A stretch of 64,000 nt of DNA, from NCBI GenBank assembly GCA_963815115.1, contig CAWFFN010000009.1, positions 32,001-96,000 of the forward strand. The letters run 5' to 3'. A program made the position numbers and the translations under genes. Shown here in pieces: positions 16,179-26,500 of the stretch. Numbering within the stretch: the stretch's first letter is position 1; each line of letters begins with the position of its first letter. The notes below the pieces were generated by a model. It was not told where the DNA came from and did not search any database. It saw nothing but the letters and a program-made list of their open reading frames with translations. The stretch is from an uncultured delta proteobacterium (GTDB lineage: Bacteria > Desulfobacterota > Binatia > DP-6).

Positions 16179-16925
16179 ATGCGGGCGGGTCGTCCCACGA
16201 CGGCGGTTGCCGGGTCGCGGCCCGCGGCTCGTGCAGCGTGCGCCCTCGCCTCTCTCGTGCTCCTTCTCGCGGTGGAAGGTGCAAGGCGCCCCTGGGCGCG
16301 CGCGGGCGTCGGACCGCCGTCCGGACCGACGGCGCGCCCGGCCAAGGGGAAGCTCCTGGTCTCGGGACACGGTCTGGGCGATCCGAACTTCGCGGAGAGC
16401 GTGGTGCTGCTCCTGGCGGTGGCCGAGGACGGCGGTGCGATGGGCGTGATCGTCAACCATCCGACGCCGATCAAGCTCGGCGCCATCCTCCCCGAGAGCA
16501 AGTCGCTCGCCGATCGAGGCGACCGGGTCTGGCGCGGCGGACCCGTGCTGCCGACGTCGCTCCTCGTGCTGGTGCGGGCGAAGAGCCCGCCCGCCGGCGC
16601 CGAGACGGTCTTCGAGGACGTGCAGATGCTGACCAGCCGTGACGCCGTCCGGCGATCGCTGGCCGGACAGACGCCGCGCGCGCGAATGCGCGCCTACGCG
16701 GGACACGCGGGATGGGGACCGGGTCAGCTCGAGGCGGAGATCGCGCGCGGCGACTGGACCCTGATGCCGGGCGACGCGGCGATCGTCTTCTCCGACGCGC
16801 CCGAGACGGTGTGGCCGAAGCTCATCGAGCGCGCCGAGGGACAGTGGACACGCCTACCGGGGAATCACCACTCCGACTCGACGACGGCCGCCGGCTCGTC
16901 GCTCCGGGGACGCAGCTCGGGGTGA
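16179..16925 (+). CDS. YqgE/AlgH family protein with a hydrophobic N-terminal extension
   Basis: DPNFAESVVLL, GAMGVIVN, GGPV, YAGHAGWGPGQLEAEI; start uncertain. Confidence 0.8.
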   Translation: MRAGRPTTAVAGSRPAARAACALASLVLLLAVEGARRPWARAGVGPPSGPTARPAKGKLLVSGHGLGDPNFAESVVLLLAVAEDGGAMGVIVNHPTPIKLGAILPESKSLADRGDRVWRGGPVLPTSLLVLVRAKSPPAGAETVFEDVQMLTSRDAVRRSLAGQTPRARMRAYAGHAGWGPGQLEAEIARGDWTLMPGDAAIVFSDAPETVWPKLIERAEGQWTRLPGNHHSDSTTAAGSSLRGRSSG

Positions 16926-17374
16926 CGGTCCAGCGTGCGCGCGCACGCATTCCAGCGCAGCACGGCGTCGTCGTTGCCCGGTGGTCGGACGGCGATGGCA
17001 CGCTCGAAGAGGCTCATCGCATCGGAGAACCAGTGGTGCGCGACGGGTCCCATACCCGGGCCGCCATGGGCGAGCTGCGCCCGGGCGCGCCGCTCGGAGA
17101 TGATCCCGGCATAGTACAGCCGGTCGTACTCGTCCGAGAGCCTGGGGAGCAGGACGCGGGCGCGCGCCATGTGGGCGCTGACGCCCGGGTCGCGGAACTG
17201 ATCGCTGAGCGCCAGGATCAGGGTGACGAGCGCCTGCTGGTTGTCGGCCTCCGCGCCCAGGATGTCTTCGCAGATGCTCTCGGCCATCGCGCTCTCGTTC
17301 AGCAGGCGGTAGCGCTCGGCCTTGGCCAGCGCCGCGGGTATTGCTTCCCTCGACAGCGGCTTGAGCTCGTACAT
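16865..17374 (-). CDS. Helical hypothetical protein, last gene of the sdh operon
   Basis: GGAGG RBS; MYELKPLSREAIPAALAKAERYRLLN; 14 bp downstream of sdhB. Confidence 0.8.
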   Translation of the reverse strand: MYELKPLSREAIPAALAKAERYRLLNESAMAESICEDILGAEADNQQALVTLILALSDQFRDPGVSAHMARARVLLPRLSDEYDRLYYAGIISERRARAQLAHGGPGMGPVAHHWFSDAMSLFERAIAVRPPGNDDAVLRWNACARTLDRHPELRPRSDEPAAVVESEW

Positions 17375-17388
17375 GCGACGTCCTCCGC

Positions 17389-18129
17389 TCAGAATCCGAG
17401 CGCTCGCAGCACACGACCCAGCGGATCGAAGAAGCGGTCGACCACGCGCTCCTTCAGCGGGATTATGGCGTTGTCGGTGATCGTGATGTGCTCGGGGCAC
17501 ACCTTCGTGCAGCATTTGGTGATGTTGCAGAGCCCGATGCCGAAGGCCTGCCGGAGCTCTCCCACGCGGTCCTCGACGTCGAGCGGGTGCATCTCGAGCG
17601 CTGCCACGTGTACCAGGAAGCGCGGCCCGATGAACTGATCGTGCATCTGATGGTCGCGCAGCACGTGACAGACGTCCTGGCAGAGGAAGCACTCGATGCA
17701 CTTGCGGAACTCCTGCACCCGGTCGATGTCCCGCTGGGCCATCCGCCACGTGCCGTCCGGCGCGTCCGGCGGCCTCGGCTTGAAGGGGGCGATCTTCTGC
17801 TTCACCCGGAAGTTCCACGAGACGTCCGTCACGAGGTCGCGCATGCGAGGAAACGCGCGCAGGGGCTCGATCGTCACCGGCTGCTCGAGGGGAAGCGAGT
17901 TCAGCCGGGTCATGCACATGAGACGCGGCCGGCCGTTGATCTCCGCCGAGCACGAGCCGCACTTGCCCGCCTTGCAATTCCAGCGGCACGCGAGGTCGGG
18001 AGCCTGCTCGGCCTGCACGCGGTGGACCGCGTCGAGCACCACCATGCCCTCGGAGACCTCGGTGCGATAATCCTTGAAGCCGCCGCCGCTCGCGCCGCCC
18101 CGCCATATCCTGAAGGTCGCCGTCGCCAT
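17389..18129 (-). CDS. sdhB: Succinate dehydrogenase/fumarate reductase Fe-S subunit
   Basis: CKAGKCGSC, CIECFLCQDVC, CNITKCCTKVCP (Sdh1-like). Confidence 0.93.
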   Translation of the reverse strand: MATATFRIWRGGASGGGFKDYRTEVSEGMVVLDAVHRVQAEQAPDLACRWNCKAGKCGSCSAEINGRPRLMCMTRLNSLPLEQPVTIEPLRAFPRMRDLVTDVSWNFRVKQKIAPFKPRPPDAPDGTWRMAQRDIDRVQEFRKCIECFLCQDVCHVLRDHQMHDQFIGPRFLVHVAALEMHPLDVEDRVGELRQAFGIGLCNITKCCTKVCPEHITITDNAIIPLKERVVDRFFDPLGRVLRALGF

Positions 18130-18145
18130 GCCTGTTGGTTCCTGT

Positions 18146-19960
18146 CTACTGGTTTTCTTGGACGATGCGCCGGAGCTCGGGCGGCATCTCGGGCAGCGGC
18201 CGGCGCGACAGCTCCATCTCGCCGTCCGGCCTGCGCTGCACGCAGACGTTCTGCTGGCCCCACTCGGCGTCCTTGTTGGGGAAGTCCTCGCGATAGTGGC
18301 CGCCGCGGCTCTCCTTGCGTTCGAGCGCCGAGCGCGTGACGGCCTCGGCGACGTCGAGCAGGTTGTGCACGTCGAGCGCCGTGTGCCAGCCGGGATTGTA
18401 GTCGCGGTTGCCGGTGACGCCGGTACGCGCGGCGCGCCGGCGCAGCTCGCGAATCATCTCCAGCGCATGGGACATCTCGTCCGCCGTCCGCACGATGCCG
18501 ACGTTCTCCTGCATGAGCTCCTGGAGGTCGCGCTGGACGGCGTACGGGGGCTCCCCGTCCTGGTGCTCGAAGGGCTCGACCGCGGCGCGCTCGGCCGCCT
18601 GCATCTGTGCCGGATCGATCGCCGGCCGCTTGCCGCCGAGCCCGCGGGCGAACTCCGCCGCGTGGTCGCCCGCGCGCTTGCCGAAGACGAGCAGATCGGA
18701 GAGCGAGTTGCCGCCCAGCCGGTTCGCGCCGTTGATCCCGGCGGCGCACTCGCCCGCGGCGAACAGCCCCGGCACCGACGACATCTGCGTATCGGCGTCG
18801 ACCAGCACCCCGCCCATGACGTAGTGCGTGGTCGGTCCCACCTCCATCGCCTCCTTGGTGATGTCGATGTCGGCGAGCTCCTTGAACTGGTGGTACATGC
18901 TCGGAAGCTTGCGCTTGATGTGCTCCTCGGCGTTCTTGAGCTTCTTGCCGATCCAGGAGATGTCGAGGAAGACGCCGCCGTGGGGGCTGCCCCGGCCCTC
19001 GCGCACCTCGCGACGGATGCAACGCGCGACGTGGTCGCGGGTCAGCAGCTCGGGAGGACGGCGCGCGCTCTTGTCTCCCTGGGTATAGCGCCAGCCCTCC
19101 TCCTCGTTGTCGGCGGTCTGGCTGCGGTAGTTCTCGGGGATGTCCCCGAACATGAAGCGCTCGCGCTTGCTGTTCAGCAGGATTCCGCCTTCGCCCCGGA
19201 CGCCTTCGGTGACCAGGATGCCCTGGACGCTGGGCGGCCAGATCATGCCGGTGGGATGGAACTGCACGAACTCCATGTCGACGAGGGTGGCCCCCGCCCG
19301 GTAGGCGAGGGCGTGGCCGTCGCCGGTGCCCTCCCAGCTGTTGCTGGTGATCTTGAAGGCGCGGCCGATGCCACCCGTCGCGACGATGACGGCCGGCGCG
19401 CCCAGCACCATGAATCGCCCGTGCTCGCGCTCGTAGCCGAAGGCGCCGGCGACCCGCTCGCCGTCCTTCAGCAGCGACGTGACGGTGCACTCCATGTGCA
19501 CGGTCACGCCGAGCGCCACCACGCGATCCTGCAGCGTGCGGATCATCTCGAGGCCGGTGCGATCGCCGACGTGGGCGAGCCGGGGATAGCGGTGACCGCC
19601 GAAGTTGCGCTGCAGGATGCGCCCGTCGGGGGTGCGGTCGAACACCGCGCCCCACGCCTCCAGCTCGCGTACGCGTTCGGGAGCCTCGCGGGCGTGCAGC
19701 TCCGCCATGCGCCAGTTGTTGACGTACTGCCCGCCGCGCATCGTGTCGGAGAAGTGCACCGCCCAGTCGTCGCGCTCGTCGACGTTGGCGAGCGCGGCCG
19801 CGATGCCGCCTTCGGCCATGACGGTATGCGCCTTGCCGAGCAGCGACTTGCAGATGAGCGCCACCGACACGCCCGACTCGGCAGCGGCGATGGCCGCGCG
19901 CAGGCCCGCGCCGCCGGCGCCGATCACGAGGACGTCGTAGTCGAACCGCCGTTCAGTCAC
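18146..19960 (-). CDS. sdhA: Succinate dehydrogenase/fumarate reductase flavoprotein
   Basis: GAGGAG, AHTVMAEGG (covalent FAD His), QFHPT, GANRLGGNSL, ESRGGH. Confidence 0.95.
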   Translation of the reverse strand: MTERRFDYDVLVIGAGGAGLRAAIAAAESGVSVALICKSLLGKAHTVMAEGGIAAALANVDERDDWAVHFSDTMRGGQYVNNWRMAELHAREAPERVRELEAWGAVFDRTPDGRILQRNFGGHRYPRLAHVGDRTGLEMIRTLQDRVVALGVTVHMECTVTSLLKDGERVAGAFGYEREHGRFMVLGAPAVIVATGGIGRAFKITSNSWEGTGDGHALAYRAGATLVDMEFVQFHPTGMIWPPSVQGILVTEGVRGEGGILLNSKRERFMFGDIPENYRSQTADNEEEGWRYTQGDKSARRPPELLTRDHVARCIRREVREGRGSPHGGVFLDISWIGKKLKNAEEHIKRKLPSMYHQFKELADIDITKEAMEVGPTTHYVMGGVLVDADTQMSSVPGLFAAGECAAGINGANRLGGNSLSDLLVFGKRAGDHAAEFARGLGGKRPAIDPAQMQAAERAAVEPFEHQDGEPPYAVQRDLQELMQENVGIVRTADEMSHALEMIRELRRRAARTGVTGNRDYNPGWHTALDVHNLLDVAEAVTRSALERKESRGGHYREDFPNKDAEWGQQNVCVQRRPDGEMELSRRPLPEMPPELRRIVQENQ

Positions 19961-19982
19961 CCTTCCTCCGCTCCGGCTGCTC

Positions 19983-20822
19983 CTACAGGATGCGCCAGTC
20001 GGTCCAGAGGCCCATCGAGCAGAGGCGCACGTAGAGATCGGCGAACGCGACCCCGATCAGGCTGCACCAGGCGATCGGCATGTGGCGGCGGTTGAGGCAG
20101 CTCACGCAGGCGTAGGCGCGCTCCTGCGCCGGGCGCTTCGACACCTCGTCGAGCCGGCCGCCGATCAGGTGACGCAGGGAATGGCAGCCGAGGGTGTAGC
20201 CGGCGAGCAGCGCCACGTTGAGCGCCAGCACCAGCGTGCCGACGCCGATGCCGAACGACGTCCCGCCGGTCGCGGGATTCGGGAACCAGAGCGCCTTCCA
20301 CACGTCCCAGGAGAGCACGACGATCAATCCGAGCGCGGGGTACAGGAAGTAGCGGTGCACGTTCTGCATGATGAGCGGAAACGAACGCTCCCCCCAGTAG
20401 CTCGCGCGGGGCTCGCCCACGGCGCACGACGGCGGATCGGCCCAGAACGCCTTGTAGTAGGCGCCTCGGTAGTAGTAGCAGGTGAAGCGGAAGAACGCCG
20501 GGAACGGCAGGATGATCAAAGCAGGGGAGAATGGCAGGAAGGACGGCCACCATCCCGGCTTGGGTCCGAACCAGGCGTGCGGCGAGTCGCCGAACAGCTC
20601 CGGCGAGTAGAACGGCGACAGATACGGCCCGTAGACGTAGTGCGCATTCTGGAACGCGGCCCACGTGGCGTACACGACGAAGGCCGACAGGACGAGAAAC
20701 GTCGCCAGCGGCGTGGCCCACCAGGCGTCGCGCCGTGCCGTGCGGCCGAAGCCGCGCCGTTCCAGCGCTGCGGTGCCGTTGCCCATCATCGACGACGTGA
20801 CCTCCTCCTGGTGCTCGCTCAT
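19983..20822 (-). CDS. Succinate dehydrogenase membrane anchor of the mycobacterial Sdh1 type
   Basis: Multi-TM protein with FRFTCYYYR, HRYF, GCHSLRH and NRRH motifs; first gene of the sdh operon. Confidence 0.8.
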   Translation of the reverse strand: MSEHQEEVTSSMMGNGTAALERRGFGRTARRDAWWATPLATFLVLSAFVVYATWAAFQNAHYVYGPYLSPFYSPELFGDSPHAWFGPKPGWWPSFLPFSPALIILPFPAFFRFTCYYYRGAYYKAFWADPPSCAVGEPRASYWGERSFPLIMQNVHRYFLYPALGLIVVLSWDVWKALWFPNPATGGTSFGIGVGTLVLALNVALLAGYTLGCHSLRHLIGGRLDEVSKRPAQERAYACVSCLNRRHMPIAWCSLIGVAFADLYVRLCSMGLWTDWRIL

Positions 20823-20885
20823 GGCCGCCTTTCGGCCGCCCGCTGCGTACACCGAAGGGCGGCCCGCAGACAAGCGCGCCGGCGC

Positions 20886-22001
20886 TCAGCCGAGGGTCAG
20901 GACCGTGCGGATACCGCGGCCCGCGCGCAGGTCGGCCATCGCCTCGTTGATCTCGGCGAGCGGGCGCCGCGCGGTGACGAGCCCCTGCAGATCCAGGCGG
21001 CCCGTCTGCCAGAGGGCGACCAGGCGCGGGATGTCGCGCACGGAGTGGCAGCTGCCGAGCGCGCAGCCGAGGAGCTTCTTCTCGCTGAGCGTGAAGAGCG
21101 CGGCGGGCGCGATCGTGATCGCCTCGTCGATCGGCGCCGCGCCGACCGCGACGGTGGTCCCGCCGTTGCGGCACGCCGCGAGCCCCGCCTGCACGAGGCT
21201 CGCGCGGCCGACGGCGTCGAACGCGTAGTCCACGCCGACGCCGGTCAGCTCCAGCGCCCGCCCGGCGACGTCTTCCGCCGCGGGGTCGAGGAGTTCGGTA
21301 GCGCCGAAGCACCGCGCCGCCTCGCGCCGCGCCGGCACGGGATCGGACGCAATGATACGCGCGGCGCCCGCGAGCCGGGCGCCCTGCACGATCGCGAGCC
21401 CGATGCCGCCGAGGCCCAGGACGAGCACCGTGGCGCCGGGCTCGACGCGCGCCGTGTTCAACACTGCGCCCACGCCCGTCTGCACGGCGCAGCCGATGAC
21501 GCACGCGACGTCGAGCGGGACGTCGGGCGCGATCCTGATCGCACCCGAGGCAGGCACGAGGACGTACTCGGCGAACGCGCCGAGCCCGACGCCGCGGAAC
21601 ACGACTTCGCCGCCGCGCGAGAGACCGGTGGTGCCGTCGCGGAACGTGTTGGTCGCGATCATGGCGGCGTTCAGGCACACCCCCGGCTCGCCGCGCACGC
21701 ACCAGTAGCACGTGCCGCAGGGCGCGATCGGAGTGAGGATGACGTGGTCCCCGGGCGCCAGCCCCTCGACGTCGCTCCCCACGGCGTCGACGATGCCGGC
21801 GGCCTCGTGTCCGAGCACGATCGGCGTCGGCGCCGGGAAGACGCCGTCGGCGAGGCTCAGGTCGGAATGGCAGATGCCGCAGTGTCGCACGCGTACCCGC
21901 ACCTGTCCGGACGTCGGATCGTCGATCGCGACGTCGTCGCGTACGACGAGCGGCTCCCCCGCCGCCTCGAGGATCGCGGCGCGCAGCCTGGAACGCGGCA
22001 T
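20886..22001 (-). CDS. Zn-dependent alcohol dehydrogenase (class III-like MDR)
   Basis: GICHSD, GHEAAG, CGTCYWC..C, GLGGIG. Confidence 0.92.
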   Translation of the reverse strand: MPRSRLRAAILEAAGEPLVVRDDVAIDDPTSGQVRVRVRHCGICHSDLSLADGVFPAPTPIVLGHEAAGIVDAVGSDVEGLAPGDHVILTPIAPCGTCYWCVRGEPGVCLNAAMIATNTFRDGTTGLSRGGEVVFRGVGLGAFAEYVLVPASGAIRIAPDVPLDVACVIGCAVQTGVGAVLNTARVEPGATVLVLGLGGIGLAIVQGARLAGAARIIASDPVPARREAARCFGATELLDPAAEDVAGRALELTGVGVDYAFDAVGRASLVQAGLAACRNGGTTVAVGAAPIDEAITIAPAALFTLSEKKLLGCALGSCHSVRDIPRLVALWQTGRLDLQGLVTARRPLAEINEAMADLRAGRGIRTVLTLG

Positions 22002-22006
22002 GACGA

Positions 22007-23110
22007 TCAGTCGAAGGCGTAGAGGCGCTTGCAGTTCGTCGCCGTGACCCGCTCGACGAAGGCCGGATCGAGACCCTGGAACGCGTGCGCGATCGCCTCC
22101 CGCGACTTCGGGAAGGTGCTGTCGGGATGCGGGTAGTCCGACGCCCACATGAAGTTGTCGGGTCCGAGGAGCGGCAGCAGCTCAGGACCGAGCGGCTCCT
22201 CCTCGAAGGTGGCGTAGACCTGCCGACGGAACAGCTCGCTCGGTTTCGAGCGCAGCTTGTAGTCCTGCGCCTTGGCCACGTGCTTCTCCGCCGCGGCATC
22301 CATGCGGTTGACGAAGTACGGGAGCCAGCCGATGCCCGACTCGGCGAGGACCAGGCGAAGCTTGGGCCGGCGCTCGAGGACGCCCGAATAGATCATCATG
22401 GCGAGCGGCTCGTCGAGCTGCATCGGTCCGACCGCCGAGAACGCCGCCAGCTCCCAGCTTCCCGGGGCCACCCGCACCTGCGACGTCCCCTGTCCAATGT
22501 GGAAGCTCACCGGCAACCCCACCGCCTCCGCGGCGTCCCAGAAGCGCGACCACTCCGGGTCGCTGCAGCGGAACTCGAATGGGCTGATGATGACGCCGCG
22601 GTGTCCCTGCGTCTTCACGCGCTCGAGCTCCGCGGTCGCCGCGTCCGAGGAGTGCGTCGGCAGCACGGGCAGCACCGAGAGCCGCGCCGGCTCGTGTCGA
22701 TTGAACTCGGCCGCCCAGTCGTTGTACGCGGCGAGACACGCCGCCTTCAGCTCGGGATCGGCAATCGGCAGGCCGAACAGGTTCGGGCCGTAGATCACCG
22801 AGGCGTACACGCCGTCGAGCTCCATGTCCTGGAGGCGCAGCTTCGGATCGGCCGGGCGCAAGCCGTTGTCCTCGATGCCCGGCACGCGGCTGGTCGCGCT
22901 GTAGTCCTTCATCATCGGGGAGGCGAGGCCGTATGCACCGATGACGGAGCCGTCGCAGTTCCACCACCCGGTGCCGTCTCCCTGCTCGACGACGTACGGG
23001 CCGCGCTCGCGCAGCCGCGCGGGCAGCCGGTCCGTCCATACGTCCTTGGGCAGGTTCCAGAGATCGAGATGGTCGTCGCAGGAGTATAGGCGCCAGGAGG
23101 TCACGCTCAT
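22007..23110 (-). CDS. Amidohydrolase family (Amidohydro_2) protein
   Basis: SCDDH, SFHIG, AESGIGW, WASDYPH. Confidence 0.9.
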   Translation of the reverse strand: MSVTSWRLYSCDDHLDLWNLPKDVWTDRLPARLRERGPYVVEQGDGTGWWNCDGSVIGAYGLASPMMKDYSATSRVPGIEDNGLRPADPKLRLQDMELDGVYASVIYGPNLFGLPIADPELKAACLAAYNDWAAEFNRHEPARLSVLPVLPTHSSDAATAELERVKTQGHRGVIISPFEFRCSDPEWSRFWDAAEAVGLPVSFHIGQGTSQVRVAPGSWELAAFSAVGPMQLDEPLAMMIYSGVLERRPKLRLVLAESGIGWLPYFVNRMDAAAEKHVAKAQDYKLRSKPSELFRRQVYATFEEEPLGPELLPLLGPDNFMWASDYPHPDSTFPKSREAIAHAFQGLDPAFVERVTATNCKRLYAFD

Positions 23111-23316
23111 GACCGTGGATTCTCGTCCGCGCCCGGGTTGTCTGTCCAGGGGTTCCGACCGCGACGCCGTGGCCAGCAGCCTTCTCGGGTGGTGAGCTAT
23201 GGATTCGTTCGGCGTGCAGGTCGAGGTTGCCGGCTCGCATGCCCGCGGTCGCGTATCGCTGCCCGGCGCAGGTTGCCACCCTCGCGGAGAAGGCGCCGCC
23301 TTGCCGACCCGAGGGG

Positions 23317-23385
23317 CCGAAGCTGCTCGACCGCGTGCGGGCGGCCATCCGGACAGGTCATCCAAGCCAGGCCTACGTCTTCTGG
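23317..23385 (+). pseudogene. Remnant of an integron integrase (IntI) N-terminus
   Basis: PKLLDRVRAAIRTGHPS-QAYVFW resembles the IntI N-terminal pattern KLLD.VR..IR.RHYS.RTE.AY..W with a 4-aa deletion; no catalytic domain follows. Confidence 0.55.
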
Positions 23386-23502
23386 AGTGCGCAGCGGACC
23401 TGTTGTCCAAGCTATCTCGGTTGCGCGCCTGACCTGTCGTTCCGGGTGGCCGGAAGCTGAAGTCCAACGTCAGGCGGCGTCAAAGAAGGAACGGGCCTCC
23501 CA

Positions 23503-26500
23503 TCACGACGCAGGCTCGGGATGTGCGAGGTCGGTCACCGACCCGAGCTCGATCTCCACCGTGGGCGCCGAGTCCCCCTGCGACTCGGCCGGTGCAGACG
23601 CGGGCGCCGCCGGGCGCCGCACGATGCGCTGTGCGGCGATCCCGTGCTGCTCGCGGAGCAGCCCCTCGACGCGGCCGAGCCGTGCGGCGGCGAGCTGCTG
23701 GATGCGCTGCGCCGTCGGTGCCGGCCGCTGTCCGAGCCACTCCTCCAGGGTCTTGGCATCGTCGGCGTCGAGCTCGTCCTTCTTGCCCTCCTCGTGCGCG
23801 GCGAGGGCATCACGGATGCGGTCGCGCATGCCGCGCTTCGGCAGGTTCTTCATGAAGCCGATGACGCCCTGGGGCGCGCCCAGCTCCTGGAGAAGGGCGT
23901 GCTCGCGCATCCAGCGGACGTCCGCGGCGGTGGGCGTCGTCTCCAGCGCGACGCCCAGGCCGGGACGATCACCCAGGAACTTCGCGAGCTGCCCGATCTG
24001 CTTGGCGCCTTCCTCGGTGAGCTCGTCACGTCCGAGCCGGAAGGTGATCGGCGCCGGCGCAGACGGCACCTTGTCGCCGGAGAAGATCGCGCCCACGAGC
24101 TTCAATGGCGACGTGAGCGCCCCCATCAGCGCCCGGCGCAGCGCACCGGCGATGATGGTGAAGTAGCCGATGTGCATACCCTGCTCGTCCCCCTCGACCG
24201 GGATGTCGAGCTTGATGTCACCCTGCAGGTCGCGCAGCAGCGCCAGCGCCATGGTGATCGGGATGCCGAACTGCTCCTTGAACAGCGAGTCACCCGCACG
24301 GCTGCCCAGGTCGAAGTCGTGCAGCGTCACGGTGCTCGCCGTGTCGTACTTTCCCTTGCCGAAGGAGGCCTTCGTCGTGAGGTCGAGGCGGCCGCGTCTG
24401 ATGCTGTACGACGAGAACGTGGTCGCGTAGGGGTTGAACTGCTGGAGCGGGATCTCGCGGCCGTCGATCTGGACGGTGCCGCCGCTCGGCGTCAGCGCCC
24501 CGGTGATGACGATCTTGCCCTTCCGGGCGCTGGTCGCCGCCACCCGCAGCTGGCTCGCCGTCATCGCCGGCCAGCGGAGCTTCGTGATGTCGATGTCGAG
24601 CGCCGTCAGGCCGCCGTTGTAGAAGGGCCTCACGGTGCGGTCGGTCACGCCGATCTTGCCGTCCGTGAGGCGGAAGCGGTCGACGTCGAGCTCGAGCCCG
24701 GGCGGGGCGGATCCGCCCGCAGCGGGAGCAGGCGCAGGCGGTGGAGGCGGGGAGGCGGCCGGTGCCGGTGGCGGGGCGTGGGCCGGCGCGGTCTCGTTGG
24801 CGGCGGTGACCGCGACGGGAGGCGGAGGGCTCGGCGAGCCGAAGGACGGCAGCAGCAGGCCCTCTGCGACCCTGGTGACCTGCACCCTCGGCGAAGCGAG
24901 CGTGACCTCGCCCAGGCTGACGCGCGTCGGGCCCCCAGCGGGCCCCTGTGCGGCGAGGTCGTCGATCCCCACCGTGATGGCGCGCGCGCCGACCGCGAAC
25001 TCCTTGGGGTCCGCTCCGGCGACGGCCGGCTCGGCGAAAGCCAGCCTGCCCTTCAGACGGAGGGCGCCGCTTCCGAAGCCCGGGGCGCCGGGACCCGGCG
25101 CGACCAGGTCGTCCAGGGTCACGTCCACGCCGCGCGCACGCACGTCGAGCTTGCCGGCGCGCTCCTCGTCGACCCGTGGCTCGGCGATCGTGAGCCGGGC
25201 GTCGCGCAGGCGAACGTCGCCGGGAGCTCCTCCCATCGCCCCGGGGACGAGCAGCTCGCCGATCCCGAGGTCGAAGCCGCGGGCCTGCACGTCCAGGGTG
25301 CTCGGCTGGGCGCCGGTCACCCGTGGCTCCGCGACGGAGAGCTTCGCCTTCGCAAGGCGCATCGGGGCGGTGACCTTCGTGTGGTCGGTCGCGAGGAGTC
25401 CGGGCAGCACGAAATCGCCCGCCGCGAAGTCGAGCTTGCGGATGCCGACGTCGAGCGCGCTTCCACCGGCGTCGCCCACCAGGAGATCGCCCACCGCCAG
25501 CTTTCCACGCAGGCGCAAGGAGCCACCGTCCGGCGGTGGCGTTCCGACTCCTGGCAGCGTCATCTCGTCGATGCCTGCGTCGAGCGAGCCTGCGCGGAGA
25601 TCGATCTTGGTCGGCTGCGTCCGGGCGACGCGCATGTCCTGCAGCGTGACCGTGCCGCCGGTGAGGCGCGCATCGGCGGTCGCCGGGGGGCCCGAGGCCG
25701 GGAGCGCTCCCGGCAGCACCAGCTGGCCGATGCCGAACTCCAGGCGTTTGGCGCCGAACTCGGTGGTCGGTCCGCCGGCGCCCGCGAGCTGGGCGTCGTC
25801 GAAGGCGATGGTGCCCTTCACGACCACGTCGCCTCGCGTCGGGGCCAGCACCCCCGCGGCGATCCCCAGGTCGGTGCCGAGGAGCGCGCTCTGCACGACA
25901 CCGGGCGGGAAAGCCCCAGCGGTTGCCACGATGTCGGGCAGGGCGACGTGCTCCGCGCGCACCGAGCCGTCGAAGCCGACCGGCTGGATATGGGCCTTGC
26001 CGTCGAGCGTGATGGTGCCGCCGTCGCCGAGCGTGAGCACGAGCAAGATCGCGGCGGGATCCTCGCCCTCGCTGCGCACGTTCCTGGCCGTGAGCGTGCA
26101 GCCGGCGTCGAACGTCGCGTCCGGGCTGATGACGTGCAGAAGGGAGTCCCAGACCCGGATCAGACCCACGGACCATTGCCATGGCGTGGTTTCCGCGGTG
26201 GCCTGCGCCGGGGGCGGCGCAGGCGGAGGCGGCGTCGCGGCATCCGGGACCTGCTGACCGCTCCGGGCGTTCGGCGACTTGCCCGTTACCACCCTCTCGA
26301 TGAACGGGAACACCACTCCCCCGCGTGCCCGCGTCACCAGGTACGAACCCTCGAGGTCGACGACGCGCACGACGGCGCGGTGCCCGGCCAGATCGATGGG
26401 ATCGACCCGCACCGCGAGCCGCTTCCAGGCGAGCGCGGGGCCGTTCAGAACCGGGACGTCGAGGGTGAGGCCGTCGACGGTGACCTGGCCGCGCACCTCG

